A DNA stretch of 58,231 nt, filler included, from Jimgerdemannia flammicorona (taxonomy: Eukaryota), in NCBI GenBank assembly GCA_003990765.1. It is 2 parts of 2 records of this genome, joined end to end, with 100 filler letters (N's around TTAATTAATTAA, not from the genome) between each part and the next. Parts side by side here need not be neighbours in the genome. Positions count along the whole stretch, not along the records: positions 1 to 29,071 come from RBNJ01000522.1; positions 29,172 to 58,231 come from RBNJ01000523.1. One strand, written 5' to 3'. Below the pieces are notes generated by a model. That model had not been told where the DNA came from and did not search any database. It worked only from the letters and a program-made list of their open reading frames with translations. Every line of letters starts with the position of its first letter. Position 1 is the stretch's first letter. The position numbers and the translations under genes are program-made. Of the stretch, positions 23,661 through 36,400 are shown in pieces.

Positions 23661-24129
23661 AGAGAGAGAGAGAGAGAGAGGCATTTTATTGAATTTGTGT
23701 AGATTGCATATTTCATATATTACTAATAAATGATATAAATCTGATAGAATAGTATAATCACATATTGACATATCAAGTTGCCATCTCAATACTCTCACTC
23801 AATGAGATATGTATTCAAAACAAACAAACAAACAAACTAGAATAAAAAACAATGTATAATACATATATGTAAAAACTAGAATTATATATAATTCAAAGAA
23901 CTTATATAACCCAGAATTACTATTATAAGGAATTTTCACAAATCAAAAAGTGTTCTGAAATGTCCAAAATATCCATAAAAAAAATGCAACATATATAATC
24001 TACTCATAGATAAGGGATATCAATATATATTGTGATAGTTGATTTAAATTAGAAATATGAATCAGAGAAATAGACATTTAATTACAGTATCTGAATCTGA
24101 TTCCCAAATATAATATAGCCTTATAAATA

Positions 24130-27100
24130 GTAGTTATATTTCACAAATATTAAAGTTTTAGCAAATGTAAAAGTTTTATAAATATTAAAAACTTTGCAGA
24201 TGTTAAAGTTTTGGTAATTGTCAAAGATTTAACAGATATTGAAAGCTTTGATACTGGTGAAAAGTAACTCATAACTTAGCTACCTTATAGCTAGCAAACT
24301 TATATAAATATTCCCAGTATCTAGAGTAAATAAACCTCAGATCAAAATAGTTTAAAGCAAAGAGAAAGTAAAGGAACTAGTAAGTCTATAGGCAGATATA
24401 CTTCAAACTCACCCACCTCTGCATCCTGAGGACTCTGTGGAGTCAAAGAAGATCAAGTTTTCAAGATACAGAAATCTGATATACTTATATAGTTATACAT
24501 CTGCTATGTTACAACTTGGTGTCTATTGGCTGATAATTTAAGATAAATCCCTCACTTTCAAGCTAAACAATAAACAACTGCTACTATCTGAACAACCATA
24601 CAAATTGAATTAAGACATTTAGATAAAATGGATATGAAACTACTAGTATTCCATAAATATACCTCAGATGAATCAATTATCACCTTTATTGATGATTTTG
24701 AGTAGTATGTCACTATATGGACTCTGACAGCAGTATAGCAAGTAGCCCTTATACTCTTCAGCCTAAGAGGTCCTGTAAGAGCAGCATTCACAGCAGCAAT
24801 CCATTTAGGAAATGATACTAATGCTATACTGATAGTCAGAAGGCCTGACTCTAAGTCACCTACTATAGAGATGAGATCAAGCAAGCCCTGAAGAATCAGC
24901 TCAATACAATATACCAAGGAATGAGCAAGGATCCAAATACATTCTATACCAGAATCTGATATTAGATAATTTTTACCAATTATGCTGATACTATCCAAGA
25001 TTAAGTAGCAGAAGCTACCTTTATAAAAAGAGTTCACTCTAAGATAGCCATGGCTATCTGCTCATTACTAGTAGTCCTAGATCTAGCACAAAAGGTTACC
25101 TATGCCCAGCAATACTGGATAGTCAGATATCTATAAGACTATATAATGGGAAGAGTTACTGGAGTCAGAATCAAAGTACTCAAGGCAACTAGTATATAGT
25201 GATCAATTGAAACACACCTCAGCCAAGAGCTACTGAGTAGTAGAGAAACAGTGACTCTATAGAAGAACTTGCTAAGAAGTTTGCCAAAATGACTGCTTAT
25301 CTCAGAGATGTGATAAAGGAAATTAGAGAAAGAGACTACTGCCTAGTTCAGAAGTTTGCCACCATCTCAGACAAAAAGAGATATATCTGCTATACTTGTA
25401 GAGAAGAAGACCACTACTCATATAAATATATAAGTGAGACCAAGTACAAAGCTCAGCCCAGCAATGCTATAAGAAACAAGAAATAGGCCAACACTATTAC
25501 CTTCAAAGAAATCAGAGAATCAGATGAAGAAGAATAGGAGGTCTACTCCATACAGACCATTAAGAAAGATATTGTAAGCAATCCTATAAGAGACCACCAG
25601 AGAGATCCAAGAAGAACTCTATAGAGAGATAAATAGAGAGTGCTGCAGAAAACCAAGCCAAAGAAACAGATCAAGATATGGAGTTGGAACAGACTGTCCA
25701 AGATATCATCTAAGAAACTACCCCAACTAGTGAAGGAGAAAAGAAGAAGAAGCTTTGCAAGACCAGGACTTTTAAGTATGATATCTTCAAGGATCTCAGT
25801 CAATAAAAGATCAATATAACCTTTGGCCAGCTGGTAGAAATACCCATATTTAGACAGCAAATGAGATATGGACTTGCTGGGACAACCAAGGAACAAGGAT
25901 GAAAGATAACTGAGGCCAATAATGTTTAAAAAGACTCTGAAGAAAAGAGTGAAAATAATTATAAAACATCTATCTATATAACCTATCAAATTAAAGATAG
26001 AATCTTTGAGGCCATTATTGACACTAGAGTAGAAGGATGTCTCCTCAGTAAGAAAGCAGTAAACTATCTAAGTTGGGAGATTAAAGAAGCAATCAAATTA
26101 TTATTTTTCACAGTAGATAACACAAGAGGCATACCTCTAGAAAAGATCTGAGATATTCTAATCAAGTTTGGAGGAGCAACTATTCCAGTAGATGTGATTG
26201 TAATTAATGCTACCAGCTATGACATCCTCATTGGCAACCAGTGGCTTCATAAAGCTAGAGCAATAATTGACCTCAATGCTCAGAAGATGCAAACTATTTA
26301 CTAAGATCAGAAGATGTGAATTCCCATCAATGTCAACAAAAGAGTACTACTTGAGATAGAGGAAGAATAAAGTGAGCAAGAAGAAGCCTATATAGTGAGT
26401 ATATAGAAAAAGAAAATAAAAGTCAGATGGATTAGTGAGGAAGAATAGTACAAAAGGATCATTGAGGAATATATACCACAAGGAGTCTGCTCTCATGGAA
26501 TCAAGATATACTATATGAAATATATTGATGATTACTATCAGTATATCAGCAGAATTAAGAAAATCTATTATGAAAGAAGACAGAAGGCCCTCAAGAAATA
26601 AGGTAGGAAAAGAAGTAGAAAGAGGATGATAAACCACCAGCCCTCCTAGAGAAGATGAAGAAGAAATCAAGGTCAAGATTTGAAAAATCCACTCTAATGC
26701 AGTTTTACCAGAATATAAGTCAGAGAATACAGCTGGAATGGATATTGCTACAGTAGAAGAGACCATATTTAAGCCTCAGACAACTACTCTACTTACAACT
26801 GGTCTACCATATCGGGATCCTCAAGACAAGAAACAGTTTGGCCAAGAGTGATATTACTATTGAAGGAGGAGTCATTAATTCAGATTATATTAGAGAAATA
26901 TTACTCATTACTAGAAACCACAACTCTATAATTCCATTTTCAATCAAGAAGAAGGACTGATTGATACAGATGTTGATCTTCTCAGTTCTTCAGCAAAGAT
27001 TATAGAAGTCAAGAAGTTGGAGAAAACAGAAAGAGGAAAGAAAGAATTTGGATCTATAGAAAGAGGAGTATTAGCTAGTACCAAGATTACTGAACTAGAT

Positions 27101-29055
27101 CACAAGAAGAAGGTAACTACAAACATGCATAGATATACCATTAGAAATGAATTCCTACTCAAAAAGGAACTCAAGAAGATACTCTATGAATTTGGGAATG
27201 TCCTAGCCACAGACTTTATAAATATTAAGGAAAAGACTCCACACTACTATCATGATATAGATACAGGAGATACCAAACTCATTTACCAAAAAGCAAGTCC
27301 AATTCCACCAGTCTACTGTAAATGACTCAGAGAAGAAATCAGGCAGATAGAAGAAGCTGGTATCATCAAAGAAGCCAGCAGCCCTAGGGCTTCACAACAG
27401 TCAGATTAGCCCTGAAGAAAGGAAGCAAACCAGGAGAATTCACCCCAAGACTCTGCACTAATTATAAGAAGCTCAATCTGGCTATAAAGAAGGATCACCA
27501 ACTACTGCCCCTCATCAGTGACATCCTTATAACTCTGGGAGATGAAGTATAGTATTAAGTATCTTGGATTTATACTCAGAATTCTACCAGATTGATCTCA
27601 CTGAAGCAGTAAGTAAAAAATCAGCCTTCATTACCTCAGATAGAACCTATATCTATCTGCAAATACTATTTGGAATGTACAATGCACCAGCAAGCTTGCA
27701 GTGAATGATGAATAAAATCTTCCTCTATGATATGGGAAGATAGATAATAGTTTATATAAATGATATTATCATCTACAGTAAGACAGCTGAAGAATATCTG
27801 CAGCACATCTAGCAGATGATGGAAAGGCTAAGAAAGCATAATCTTTACATCAAGTCTAAGAAGTGCAAGTTTGTGGAAATCAAGATCTCCTATCTTGGTC
27901 ATATTATTAACTAAGATAGAATATATACAGACTCTCTCAAGATTCAAGCAGTTGTAGTATACCTAAGGCCCACTAATATCACTGAAGCCCAAGCCTTTAT
28001 GGAACTCACCTCATATTACTATAGATTTATTAGAGGATTCTCCAATATCACAGGCCCAATTTATGAACTCAATAAGAAGAATATCAAGTTCCAATAGACT
28101 GGCAGATAACAGAAAGCATTTGATGAGCTCAAGATCAGACTGACCCAAGCACCCATCCTTAGAAGACCTGATTGGACTCAAGAATTCATTCTATAGACAG
28201 ATTTAAGTACTCAAGGACTAGGAGCTGTCCTGGCCTAAAAGAAAGACAAAGTAGAATATATCATTACATATCTTAGCTAAGAAACTCAAGGAGCTGAAAA
28301 GGTGTATAAATCCTATAAGTTTGAATATCTTGCAGTTATCTAGACTATAGAGAAGTTCCACTACTATCTTGTGGAGAGATACTTCACTATTTAGACTGAC
28401 CTCTCAGCCCTCATCTAACTACTGACCACTAGACAATCTAAAGGAATCTATACTTGATGGATTATGAGGTTGTAAGTCTATAATATAACCATTATGCACT
28501 GCTCTGGAAGAACTAATGCCAATGTAGATGCCCTCTCACAGACACTCCAAAAGACCCCCAACCAGTAAATAAACCATGAATAAGGAACTCTATTATAAAA
28601 TTATCACCTATCAGAAATAGTAAAAGATGCCTCAATACCTGAAAGAATAGACACAAATAATTATTAATAGAATATGGAAACAATTTGAGACTGATGGAGA
28701 AATACTGAAAAAAGAAAAGCTACTAGTTATATCTGAATATAAGAAGGAGCAAATAATGAAATCAGTATATGAACTTGGCTATCTAGGAGGAATGAATATA
28801 TACAAAAAAGCAAGAAAAACAATATGGTGACCAGGAATGGAGGAAGATATTGGACAATTTGTCAAGACCTGTAACAAATTCCAGAAATAGAAATAAGACC
28901 AACAAAATCAGACCTCAGGATTAGCATACATAGAACCAGTACTCTTTGCACATATTGCAATAGATATAATTGGCCTGCTACTCTTGATTTTGAATGATAA
29001 CTGATATATTGTTATTATCATAGACCTTTTCACAAAATAGATAAAGGCAGGATCT
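24130..29055 (+). mobile_element. Decayed Ty3/gypsy family B (5' LTR end, PBS, gag, PR, dUTPase, RT, RH, partial IN), cut by contig end; LTR start not resolved
   Basis: LTR ends ATGTTACA at 24513, followed by PBS. Gag from 24628 with YICYTCREEDH knuckle; PR FEAIIDTR (~26004); RT VYINDIIIYS (~27749); RH NVDALS; IN MNKELYY at 28576. Colinear with family A throughout. Confidence 0.92.
26665..27057 (+). pseudogene. dut: dUTPase domain within gypsy B pol
   Basis: AVLPEYKSENTAGMDI, RNSLAK, EGGVINSDY, ERGKKEFGS. Confidence 0.9.
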
Positions 29056-29071
29056 CTCTTTTTTTTTTTTT

Positions 29072-29171
29072 NNNNNNNNNNNNNNNNNNNNNNNNNNNNN
29101 NNNNNNNNNNNNNNNTTAATTAATTAANNNNNNNNNNNNNNNNNNNNNNNNNNNNNNNNNNNNNNNNNNNN
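29072..29171. other. Artificial 100-bp contig linker (N44-TTAATTAATTAA-N44)
   Basis: Symmetric N runs around a six-frame-stop/PacI-like 12-mer. The flanking contigs are 29071 and 29060 bp, consistent with size-sorted concatenation. Confidence 0.95.
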
Positions 29172-29401
29172 GCTAGCAAACTTGTATAAATAACCCAGTA
29201 TCTTCGAGTGAATAAACCTCAGATCGAAATAGTTCAAAGCAAAGAGATAGCAAAGGAACTAGTAAGCCTGCGGGCAGATACACTTCGAACTCACCCACAC
29301 TTCCCTGCAACTTCAAGAGACTCTGCGAGAGTCAGAACAGTCAAGTTTTCAAGATACAGAAATCTGACGTACTTTCAAGAGTAAGCGTCCGCTACGTTAC
29401 A
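29172..29401 (+). repeat. 3' end of a weakly mutated (CpG-retaining) family B LTR
   Basis: Colinear with 24291-24513 and ends GCTACGTTACA. It keeps CpG and CpA sites that are lost in the other copy. Confidence 0.9.
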
Positions 29402-30275
29402 TCAGATAGCAACCAGATAGCAACCACAAAGTATAAAATACCCCAGAGACAGGAGTGAATAAACCTTAGTTCAAAAAGTTCAAAAGCAAAAGACAAGTCT
29501 GCCTACTACACTTCGAGAGATATGTCTGCCAAAAGCCACTTGATCCTAAAGGAATTGGATTGCAACACTTAGGAGAAATGCCTGCTCTATAGCCACTACT
29601 AGGAGATTGTGAGCTTTGTTCATTTCCACTCTGGTCCACTTTCCAATACAAAGCTTGAAGATTTTTCTGCTAAGTTTAAGGAGAACTTCACTGCCTTTTG
29701 AGTAATCTGCTGCTTAAGGAATAAGCCACCATTTTTCAAGAAGTCTACCATGTTTTTGTCCACCAATCCACTGCATTCTGCTGATCTGCCTCGTTCATCA
29801 TCCAAAGACTGCATTGTCCATTTAAATTGCATCATCCAAGTAAACTGAACCACACTGCTCGAACTACACTGCTCAAACCATGCCAATCAACTGCCAGAAA
29901 AGAAATCCGATTGACAAAGATTGCCATCATGCTAGCAACCTGCAAGGAAACTGATTGCCATCCCCAGAGAGTCTGCGCTTTTAAGGAAATCCACCTGATT
30001 ACTCAAGATCACCAGGTAGTACGAAATTAGTTCACTGCTCAAAGAAGGAAATCTGCTTGCTTACAAAGGATCGACATATAAATCGCTGTCAGCTCAAGAA
30101 TGCCACCAAATTAAGAAATCGCATGCAGAATTCTCCAGCTTGAATATTATACCACTAGACACCTATATAATATCTGAACATTTTGTTGATTTTTAACAAA
30201 GTAACTGGGGGCTCAAGCCAATCCACACAGCCGCTCAACCTTGTAATTTGCCTCCATTGGGTCAGGCATATTACA
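29402..30275 (+). repeat. Partial family C LTR (solo or 3' LTR)
   Basis: Matches 46070-46680 and 51800-52752 at both ends (AACCAGATAG...TATAAAATA...GAATAAACC; AAAGTAACTGGGG...GGCAYATTACA). No PBS follows. Confidence 0.85.
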
Positions 30276-30470
30276 GTATACTTAATCTTGAAAGTGTAGC
30301 AGATTTCCTTATCTTGAATAATTGATTTTCTTTGACTCCTCAGAGTCTTTAAGAGTATAGTGGTGGATTAGTTCAAAGTATATCTGCCTATAGACTTATA
30401 TATTAGTTCTCTTACCTTTAAACTATTTTGATCTGAGGTTTATTCATTTTAGAGATATTTTTACACACCT
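30276..30470 (-). repeat. Family B LTR fragment, antisense, interrupted by the family C LTR
   Basis: Reverse complement contains AATAAACCTCAGATCAAAATAGTTTAAAG...GTCTATAGGCAGATATACTT, as at 24330-24405. Confidence 0.85.
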
Positions 30471-30479
30471 TTCTCCACT

Positions 30480-33400
30480 ACTATTCACATTATACAAAAA
30501 ACTCACAGTACTTTTTGTACAGTTTTTGAAGAAAGATATTGATAATATATTATCAAATGAGAGATCTGATAGGCATACTGGGTCAGGTAGACTTAGAAAT
30601 TTGACTGGCAGAATGTAGAGAGGGATATGGTATAGAGATGGGCTTCTTTAGAAATACTAGTAGATAGGAGGAAACTGGAGGGAGTCAGAAGCCCAGCTTG
30701 AGAGATAGAGAGACTGGGCAGATGAGCTTTGTAGCTAAGATAAAGACAGGTAGTGGGCCTGGAGATATATATTAGAGATGACCAGTAAAGATAAAAGGGA
30801 AAGTTGAATACTGAAAGAATTAGAGGAGCATTACTTAGTAGAGTTGGTTTAGTAACTAGAGGGGCTATAGTGAGGAGTATGGACATAACTACTGATGACA
30901 GAGTGATGGTGGATATGGAAAAATATCCAGATGTAATGGTTGATAGTAAGCTGAGCAGATGGGAAACATAAGGAAGGGAAATCTGACTAATTGTATAATG
31001 GGCCTGATAGTAGTCCTATTACTCAAGAAGTCAATTATAGAGTTTATAGTCATATTGTATTTCAGAGAGCTTACAGTAACTGCCAAGATGATTTTGGAAA
31101 TATTGGTGAATCAAATGTCTGATATTATCTTAGTGAGGTTTCTATATAGACTTGAGGGAGTTGAGGTGAGTTTAAAGTAAGAGGAACCTTTGAAGGAGAT
31201 CTTGAAGGTGGGGTTGTCAGTAGATAAGGTAGTGGTGCTAATATCTAGGTGTCTAAGATGAGATCCCAGAATTATATAGCTCTTAGTAAAGGAGATACCT
31301 AAGGTGATGACTATTAAGATAAAGAGGAAGGTTGAGAAGATTATGAAAAAGTATAATGAGGTGGTAGATGTTAGATTCTATATATAAGAGAGTACTATAT
31401 TCAGAAAAAAGATATAGATATTAGACTCTAGCTGGCTGAGAAGAAAGCTACTGAGAAGGCTAGCAGCTAGCCTATAGTACTTATGTGATATACTTTTGTA
31501 TATAAGATAATAAGGATAAAGAGGAGTATGAAGAAGAAGGATTTGTTAGAGGCTCTGAAGAAACTAGATAGAATAGTAGAGTGTCATGCAGTGGTATAGT
31601 AGGCTTATTTGGAATTAATATATTTGGAAGTAGGGAATAATTAGAGGATATATATAGTTAAGATGATATGGAAGAAGGCTTAAGAGAGAAAGAGACAGAG
31701 AGATCTGCTGACTGGTTTAATAGAGAAGATGAAGAGCAGGGTAAGGGAGAAAATAAGATAAGTATAGGAGAGTAACTAGACTGAGAGTAGAGAGGGAGAG
31801 AGGGTAGAAGCTATGATATCAAGTAAGAAGATAAAGGGTCAATAGCTCTATAATAATAGTGCTCAAAGTCTGGAAATATCTAGAGTGGGCTGAAGTTTAG
31901 AAAAAGAGTAGCATAGAGAATATAGAGATATAATATATGTATAGTGCTAGGTATGGAGTATTAGATATAGATAAAGAAAGATGAGTGATTGAAATAAAGG
32001 AAAATGAGTTGTTTAATATTCTAGAGGAGATATAGAATGAGTCTACAGTACTAAAGCTAATGCTGATTTATTGAGTGAGGAGAGGTCTGAGTCTCATATT
32101 AGAGGATGAGTGGGAGATACTTACTGAATGTGTATAATGATGAAAGATCAGACTGCTGAGAAGCTTAGTGAGATGGATATATATATTATCAGAAAGAATA
32201 TCTGGAGGAGAGAGTTGAGTAGTGAGAGAGTAGTGGAGAGACCAAAATTAGATATTCTAGTGATAATGTTAGAGACTGAGAACTATGATATTGATGTGAA
32301 AAGAGAGATATATTTGGTAGTGTTTGCTGAGAAGTATGCTGCTTTCTGATAGAGGCAGTAAAATAGATTGATAATCTGGCAGACAGTATATATAGAGTAC
32401 AAGGAGTTGATAGAGACCAGAGATGATGAGGAGATTGCTGAGATACTGGTTAGATTGGATGCTAAGAAGGATGAGAAGGTGGAAGTAATTGTGGAATATA
32501 ATCTAGATATAGCTAGAGAGAAGTTGAGTATGGAATTGTAAGGGGAAAGAGATTGCTACAAAATACTATTACTTGATTATGAATAGTATAACTAATATTT
32601 TCTCATTAAATGTGAATGATCTGATGGACTCTGTAAGGTATCAAACCATTTTTACTTAGCTAAAGAGTTTAGAGATAAATATTTTAATAGTACAAGATAT
32701 ATACTATAAAGAGAAATTAGATGAACAGGTGTGGACATAGAGATAGAGTAATATGGTAGATTAGAGGAGTAAGTTGTGAATTCTGATATAGAAAGGCAAG
32801 GAGAAACTATATGAGATTGAGGGTTGGAGAGATGATTTGATATTAGTAGAGTGGTAGAGATCTGGGTGGGATCAGATAGTAGTAGACTCTTGCTATCACT
32901 CTTCTGTAAGGAGTGATCAAGTAGAGTGCCTGGATAGACTTCTGTAGTATAGAGTCCTAGCTGAAGTGAGTGTGAATATACTAGAGAGAACCAATATTCA
33001 GACTCATCTCCACTTCTACCAAACTGTCTACACCCTAATAACCCTCAGTAATCAGACCAAGAGTACCACTCTATCTCCCAGATCTCTTAAATATCTATTC
33101 CCAGCAATCTATAATCAGAATCCAGTCTATTCTGGCTCTCAACCCATTCACTCAGTACCAATAGACTCTCCTGTCAATGAGTGGACTCATTCAAGACCAC
33201 AGGTCAATGAATACAGGTATGTCTTAGGTGCCCAGCAGCCAAAAAATATTTTAATGCTGATGTTATTGTTTAAGATATATATAAATTGGGTATAGGTTTC
33301 TTTTTATGCTATTAGTATAGTGTGTGTATTAATTCTATATGTAATCCATTTCACCCAATACTTCATATATACTATATTCTCACATTCTGTACTTCTGTAC

Positions 33401-36400
33401 ATTTATATATATTTTTCATTATTCCATGGTCCTCTCTGCAAATTCCTGTCTTTGGTATCAATACAACCCTTCTCATACATTGAAGGACCAATATGATCTG
33501 GGCTCTGTCACCTGTCCTTTCTGCTCTGATGTTATTTGCATTGAGCAGGTACTCTGCTTCCTGCAGGATGACCTGGAGTCTAATAGTGAGAACCCCAACA
33601 TCAATATTCTCATTGATTACCTTGCCAATTTCTCTGATAATTCTACCTCCACACTTTGCCAAACTATACATTTATCAGCATATACTGCATCCAAGACTCC
33701 TGCTAGTGCTGTGGTGGCCAGACCAGTCTTTTCTAGCATACCAGGCACTGACATTTCTATTGAAGCTAGTATTGCTCAGCTCCAAGAGCATACATCCATG
33801 TAAGACTATCAGTTCAATGAACTTTTTCAGCTTCTATACTCTTACCCAGATACTGTATCTTCATCAGCACTGGTACTAGCTACTGAAGTTCCTATTGCCT
33901 CTGGTCAGACTGCATCTCAAATTATCAATCAAGTCTTTATCAATTGCACTACTGCCTCTCTTTTAGTGGCTATCACATCCACATCTCAATCTCTATCAAC
34001 TATCCCTGCAGTTTGTCTCACTGTTATTCTTAGCCCTGCTGATAATTCCCAGGGGGAGTCTATCTGTTTATCTCCTTCTATCATCTCTGCCCATACTATT
34101 GTTCAGGGTGTCAGCCTCTCTCTGAAATATGTCTATATCAATTAATGGCTGTTGGCTATAGTCATCAATAATTCATTCACTACTATGTTGCTTGGCTATT
34201 TTCTGGAGCAGAATGTCATCTCTATTGGTAGTTTTCTTGAAGCTCAATTCATTAAAACATTTGATGAGTCAGGTGCTCAGATCATTCTTCACAAGCCACT
34301 ATCTCTTATCAAAGACCTTCTGGACATTCCGGCCTTCCTTACTGCCCTGCTCATATACTTCAGTATTCTTCATGATATTACATGGGCCTCACTGATCCTA
34401 CTCCATTCTTTACATATGCTGTAGATTTTATCTTACTCTCAACATTGTTATATTGGTCTGTGCTTCTCAACTATCATGTTTTCTTTTACACAAAATGACT
34501 GGCAGAGATTACAAATGATGATATTTCTTTAGCATAGTGCAAGCATTGGGTCCAGCATGACCCTGACCTCTTTATGATCATTAGTTTGCATCAATATCCA
34601 TAAACTCTGACCACTATATCTCATCTGCCTATATTCTCTAAGTTTTGCAATATACAACAGTGACTATGTCTTACTGATGGCTCCTCTGCTTCATCTGCTA
34701 ATAATGCCTCTCAACAGTCTACTTATTAGGTATATAATGGCATTCTGTTTGATGCTCACTTATGAAGAATCCTGAATACAATAAGAAAGGTTGATCTTAT
34801 GTATATATATGCTCCCATTGTGGTGGTGATCATTTATGGTATTGATACTCCCACAATCTATTGCCTTATCTCTAGGAACTTACCCCTGCTTATTCTATAT
34901 ACATACCCCTGACTGCTCCAAATATCCTACTCAATTGTTCATTTACTGCCCTGCTTAATGATACTGCTCAAGATATTCTACATTATTTTCCTCTCCTCTC
35001 TTCCACTCTTTGCCCTCTTGCATAGACATATGAGCTCCAGTTGTATCCTGATCTGGTGGTAGCTCAAGCTGCCATCACTGCTATTACTTAAGGTGCTCTT
35101 CTTGGCTTTGATGAACTATGTTAGCACTCACTGTCCTATAATCATTGCTCTGCTCTCAACCATCCAGAGGTGATAATATCTGATATTGAGCAGAAGGTGG
35201 CTACTAGCAGAATTTGTAGCCCATTTTTATTTCCTCTGTTTGAATACTTCCACTCATCTCCTCTCAGTGCCATTGTGAGGAAGAATTTGAGTAATACATG
35301 GCATTGCATTCACAACCTCTCTTGGAGTTATCATAGTAATTCTGTTAATACCAGTATTGATACTAATGCCTTTTGGCTTTCCTATATTAAGTTTGATGAG
35401 GCTTTGGACTTGGTTTGCCACTTTGGCCAGAGCTGTCTTTTATCAAAGGATGAACTTACTGATACATATCATCATATTCTTATCCATCCTATAGATTGGA
35501 AGTTACTGGGCTTCAAATAGTCCAATCAGCTTTACTTAAATCAGTTTGTATCTTTTGGTGCATCTCTATCACTATTTCTTTTCAACCTTTCTATAGAACT
35601 TCTCATATAGATTGCTCATCATTATGATATATATGTGCTTATTTACTATGTCAATGACTTTCTTCTTATCTCACTGCCATTTCATTCATCTGCTCTTACT
35701 GATCTACATTTGCTCCTTGCTATCTATCACCATCTTAGTTGGTTGATTCAGGAGCATAAGGTCAAGGGCCCAACAACCTTACTTATTTTCTTAGGCATCG
35801 AACTAGATACAATGGCTATGGAAGCCTGTCTTCCTCCTGGCAAGCTTGGCATACTACTTGCCTTTCTTCAGCAGTGGTTATTGCACATACTATACACTTG
35901 CCCTCAACTATAATCTCTTATTGGCTCTTTGGCATTTGCTTGTAAAATTATTCCACCTGGCCACTCATTCCTTTGGTAGTTTATTGACCTCCTTTCTGAC
36001 AATTCCTCATTCTATATTCTACTGAATGAGGAGTTATATGCAGATATTTGATGGTGACTCAAATTCATACTCCACTGAAATAGTATTTCTGTCATACATC
36101 TGGTTACATGGTTCTATAAACCTGATGCACATTTGTGGATAGATGCCAGTAGTGCCCAAGGCTTTGGTGTACATTTTAATAATGAATGGTTTTCTGCTCC
36201 TTGGCCTCCTGATATGGTCTCATACAATATTCAGTTCAAGGAACTCTATGCCATGGTCGCTGCTGTTGCTATCTGGAGGATTCAATGGTATTTTCACCAT
36301 ATATTGCTTCATGCTGATAATCAGGCAGTTATCACTATTATTAACTTGGGCTCCTCACACAACCTTCTTCTACTGAAACTTCTCCACCAGCTCTATTTTC

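Noticed and set aside
29116..29127. TTAATTAATTAA as a biological motif
   Set aside because: It is centred in a symmetric N spacer and is an assembly or concatenation artefact.
24291..29401. Post-gap LTR (29172-29401) as the 3' LTR of the gypsy B element before the gap
   Set aside because: The gap is an artificial linker between two near-equal-length contigs, and the two LTRs differ greatly in mutation load and by indels. They are the same family but probably different loci.
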